DNA from: a virus
Taxonomy: Duplodnaviria > Caudoviricetes
Virus record (IMG/VR): IMGVR_UViG_3300046171_000176
Coordinates: 1-59,806 of that record
DNA length: 59,806 bases
Direction: 5' to 3' (one strand)
Shown here: one piece after another, positions 58,111-59,806 of the stretch
Layout: the number at the start of each line of letters is the position of its first letter
Numbering within the stretch: the stretch's first letter is position 1
Notes under the pieces: generated by a model
What the model saw: the letters and a program-made list of their open reading frames with translations, nothing else
The model's database searches: none
Told to the model about the DNA's origin: nothing
Made by a program: the position numbers and the translations under genes

Positions 58111-58503
58111 TTACCGACCTCCATTTAAGTATGTGCCTGCTGTAACCTCTGTAATATCACCTATAGGTACATTTATTGAGCCTCCAAGCACAACAGCAGT
58201 GCCATTTATGGTAATACTTGAATTTACTAGGTCAGAATTAGCTAATTGACCCGTTATATTTGTGTGTGATAGGTTAACAGCAAGTAAATTAGTATCATTT
58301 ACTGTTTCATAGACTAATCCACCGTTAGTTTTTAGTGAAAGCAGTGATGGATCTGTGATAATTTACCCTGCAAGGTCTTTTAATGTAAAATTTGTAGTTG
58401 TATACTGATCTACGGTATTAATAGTAGATATATAATTGGATCCTACTACTTTATCCTTACTAAATAAGCTTACATCTCTGTCATATGTTGAAATTCTAGC
58501 CAT
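58111..58503 (-). pseudogene. truncated tail-fibre-like gene with in-frame TAA
   Basis: MARISTYDRD...DKVVGS...TLKDLAG*IITDP...GDITEVTAGTYLNGG; N-terminus paralogous to 52484..53179; stop at 58363-65. Confidence 0.6.
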
Positions 58504-58505
58504 AT

Positions 58506-58736
58506 TTATTCGTTTTTGGTACCCTCCCCTCTATTTCCTCTGTTATCCGCCACTGAAGTGAAGCTTTTAGTTTTGTGATCGTAGTCTTTTCCTTGTAAAT
58601 TTACACCTCTTTTCTTTGCAGCACGCCTTAATCGCTGATTTTCAGCTTTCATCTTCCTTCTTCTAGGTGTCATTGCATATCTTTTGTCTCTTGCAGCCTT
58701 ATTTCTACGTGCAGTGGGTGATAATCTTTGTGCCAT
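58506..58736 (-). CDS. small basic protein with HNH-like remnant (DYDH...NRG)
   Basis: Start moved to ATG 58736, downstream of the late promoter motif. Confidence 0.65.
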   Translation of the reverse strand: MAQRLSPTARRNKAARDKRYAMTPRRRKMKAENQRLRRAAKKRGVNLQGKDYDHKTKSFTSVADNRGNRGEGTKNE

Positions 58737-58742
58737 ATGTAT

Positions 58743-58771
58743 ATTATTACGTGACAGTAGGTTGTTATTAA
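58743..58771 (-). promoter_or_regulatory. first late promoter-like motif
   Basis: TTAA-N17-GTAATAAT, 6 nt before ATG 58736. Confidence 0.55.
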
Positions 58772-58795
58772 GTAACTTAAAATAGCTAATGTCGT
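58751..58795. promoter_or_regulatory. 45-bp inverted-repeat site B
   Basis: GTGACAGTAG-N25-CTAATGTCGT; overlaps the first late promoter motif. Confidence 0.55.
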
Positions 58796-58954
58796 ATATA
58801 GAGGGTATGGGTTGCATTACCGTATTTACCCCGTATACTTTATATAAAAGTAATTTTTATTTTACCACCCCCCTATTGTTTTTTAATTTTATATTTAAGT
58901 TTTTACCTTTTGCTATACATTACTAACATATACGATATACTAATTTTTAATTTT

Positions 58955-58987
58955 ACAAACTAAATACGGAGTTTCCAGGATAATATA
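58955..58987 (+). promoter_or_regulatory. early promoter-like motif, copy 6
   Basis: ACAAACTAAATACGG-agtttcca-GGATAATATA(AGTGTAA). Confidence 0.75.
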
Positions 58988-59024
58988 AGTGTAAATAATA
59001 ATTAATAATAATAAATAAATAAAT

Positions 59025-59339
59025 ATGAATAAGTCAAAACTAAACTCAGCAATCTCTAAACTATCTAAATCTGAATTAGCAGATATCTTCCCACCTATTA
59101 CTAGAAACAACTTTGTTGTTAGAGAGAATTGGTTCGGTAGAAATCAAATCATTACCTTTGTAAACAATAAAGGTCAACAAGTAACTTACAACCACGATGA
59201 GGTTCTTAAAGTAATGTTACCTAAGCTTAAGCTAATGCCTTGCTGGATTAAAAGAAAGTATTGGTCTCAGTCAACTGACATGCCATCGAATGTTAGAGAT
59301 AAAGTAATTGAAAGAATCGACTTAACTGAATCTAAATAA
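59025..59339 (+). CDS. first early hypothetical protein
   Basis: ORF track; downstream of promoter motif copy 6. Confidence 0.75.
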   Translation: MNKSKLNSAISKLSKSELADIFPPITRNNFVVRENWFGRNQIITFVNNKGQQVTYNHDEVLKVMLPKLKLMPCWIKRKYWSQSTDMPSNVRDKVIERIDLTESK

Positions 59340-59482
59340 TGAGAAGGTTTACACACTATGCATTGCTCACTTGGGCGTTTACCTTAGGAGCAATGTCCTT
59401 CATCGGAATAGGATACATGATATTCTTACTGGTGACAGGTCAAGTAACAGAGTTCAATATCGCTTGCGGTATATGTAACTAA
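59339..59482 (+). CDS. small membrane protein (47 aa)
   Basis: Manual translation MRRFTHYALLTWAFTLGAMSFIGIGYMIFLLVTG...CGICN*; TAATG coupling. Confidence 0.6.
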   Translation: MRRFTHYALLTWAFTLGAMSFIGIGYMIFLLVTGQVTEFNIACGICN

Positions 59483-59614
59483 TATTTCAACTCGGCGTTG
59501 AGATGTGTTCTCTCGAGTATAAACAAAGTTGAACAGAAATACCAGAACCTTACGGGAATGGTGTATAGCATATGTATAGCATTACTATAAATACTAAAAA
59601 AATAGGTAAATAAT

Positions 59615-59659
59615 GTGACAATAGCTATTTACTATATATATTTAATAACCTTATGTCAC
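59615..59659. promoter_or_regulatory. 45-bp inverted-repeat site C
   Basis: GTGACAATAG-N25-CTTATGTCAC (TGTGACA...TGTCACA). Confidence 0.6.
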
Positions 59660-59747
59660 ACTTTTTGTTTATTTACTACACTCTTAGAGTAAGTGTTACA
59701 CTTGTAAACTATTTTACATCTGTAAACATTTCACCTACTTTTAAACT

Positions 59748-59780
59748 ACAAACTAAATACGAAGTACTTTGGATAATATA
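59748..59780 (+). promoter_or_regulatory. early promoter-like motif, copy 7
   Basis: ACAAACTAAATACGA-agtacttt-GGATAATATA(AGTGTAA). Confidence 0.75.
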
Positions 59781-59806
59781 AGTGTAATTAAAAAATAATA
59801 ATATGA

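Noticed and set aside
58363-58365. Stop-codon reassignment as in some crAss-like phages
   Set aside because: All long genes are open in the standard code, TAG and TGA are used as real stops, and this isolated internal stop is TAA
1-59806. Circular closure or terminal repeat between the window ends
   Set aside because: No overlap between the ends; joining them gives ATG ATA TAA and does not restore the first ORF, so some early sequence is missing

Overview
This is a near-complete (59.8 kb, AT-rich) lytic podovirus-type phage genome. It has crAss-like/Flavobacteriaceae-phage structural genes, so a Bacteroidota host is inferred. The two arms converge on a bidirectional terminator at ~16.7 kb. 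The + arm (58.95 kb to the end, then 1-16.7 kb) carries small early genes, a 175-nt tmRNA-like RNA, DNA ligase, a DenV-like glycosylase, an HTH protein, a sigma factor, ERF, an exonuclease, SSB, primase-helicase, a ThyA homologue, a GIY-YIG/MazG fusion, a resolvase and NrdAB. The - arm carries GroEL/GroES, holin, tail fibres, terminase, portal, scaffold, MCP, tail proteins, ejection proteins and lysis genes. No DNA polymerase is visible. Main observations: (1) An apparent two-sigma transcription cascade. A sigma70 region-2-like domain is buried inside the 2286-aa putative ejection protein, next to a HExxH zincin and between repeated (L/F)SK motifs. Seven copies of a non-host early promoter-like motif (ACAAACTAAATACGA-N8-GGATAATAT) occur in the early arm, six TTAA-N16-GTRATWAY sites precede middle/late operons, and three 45-bp inverted-repeat sites are linked to the HTH gene. 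(2) The ThyA homologue carries the Asn-to-Asp dCMP-specificity switch and sits beside a GIY-YIG-MazG fusion, suggesting cytosine substitution. (3) The tmRNA-like RNA is about half the normal size. Three single-base insertions and an exact 707-bp tandem duplication may be sequencing or assembly artefacts. All family assignments come from reading motifs by eye; no searches were run.
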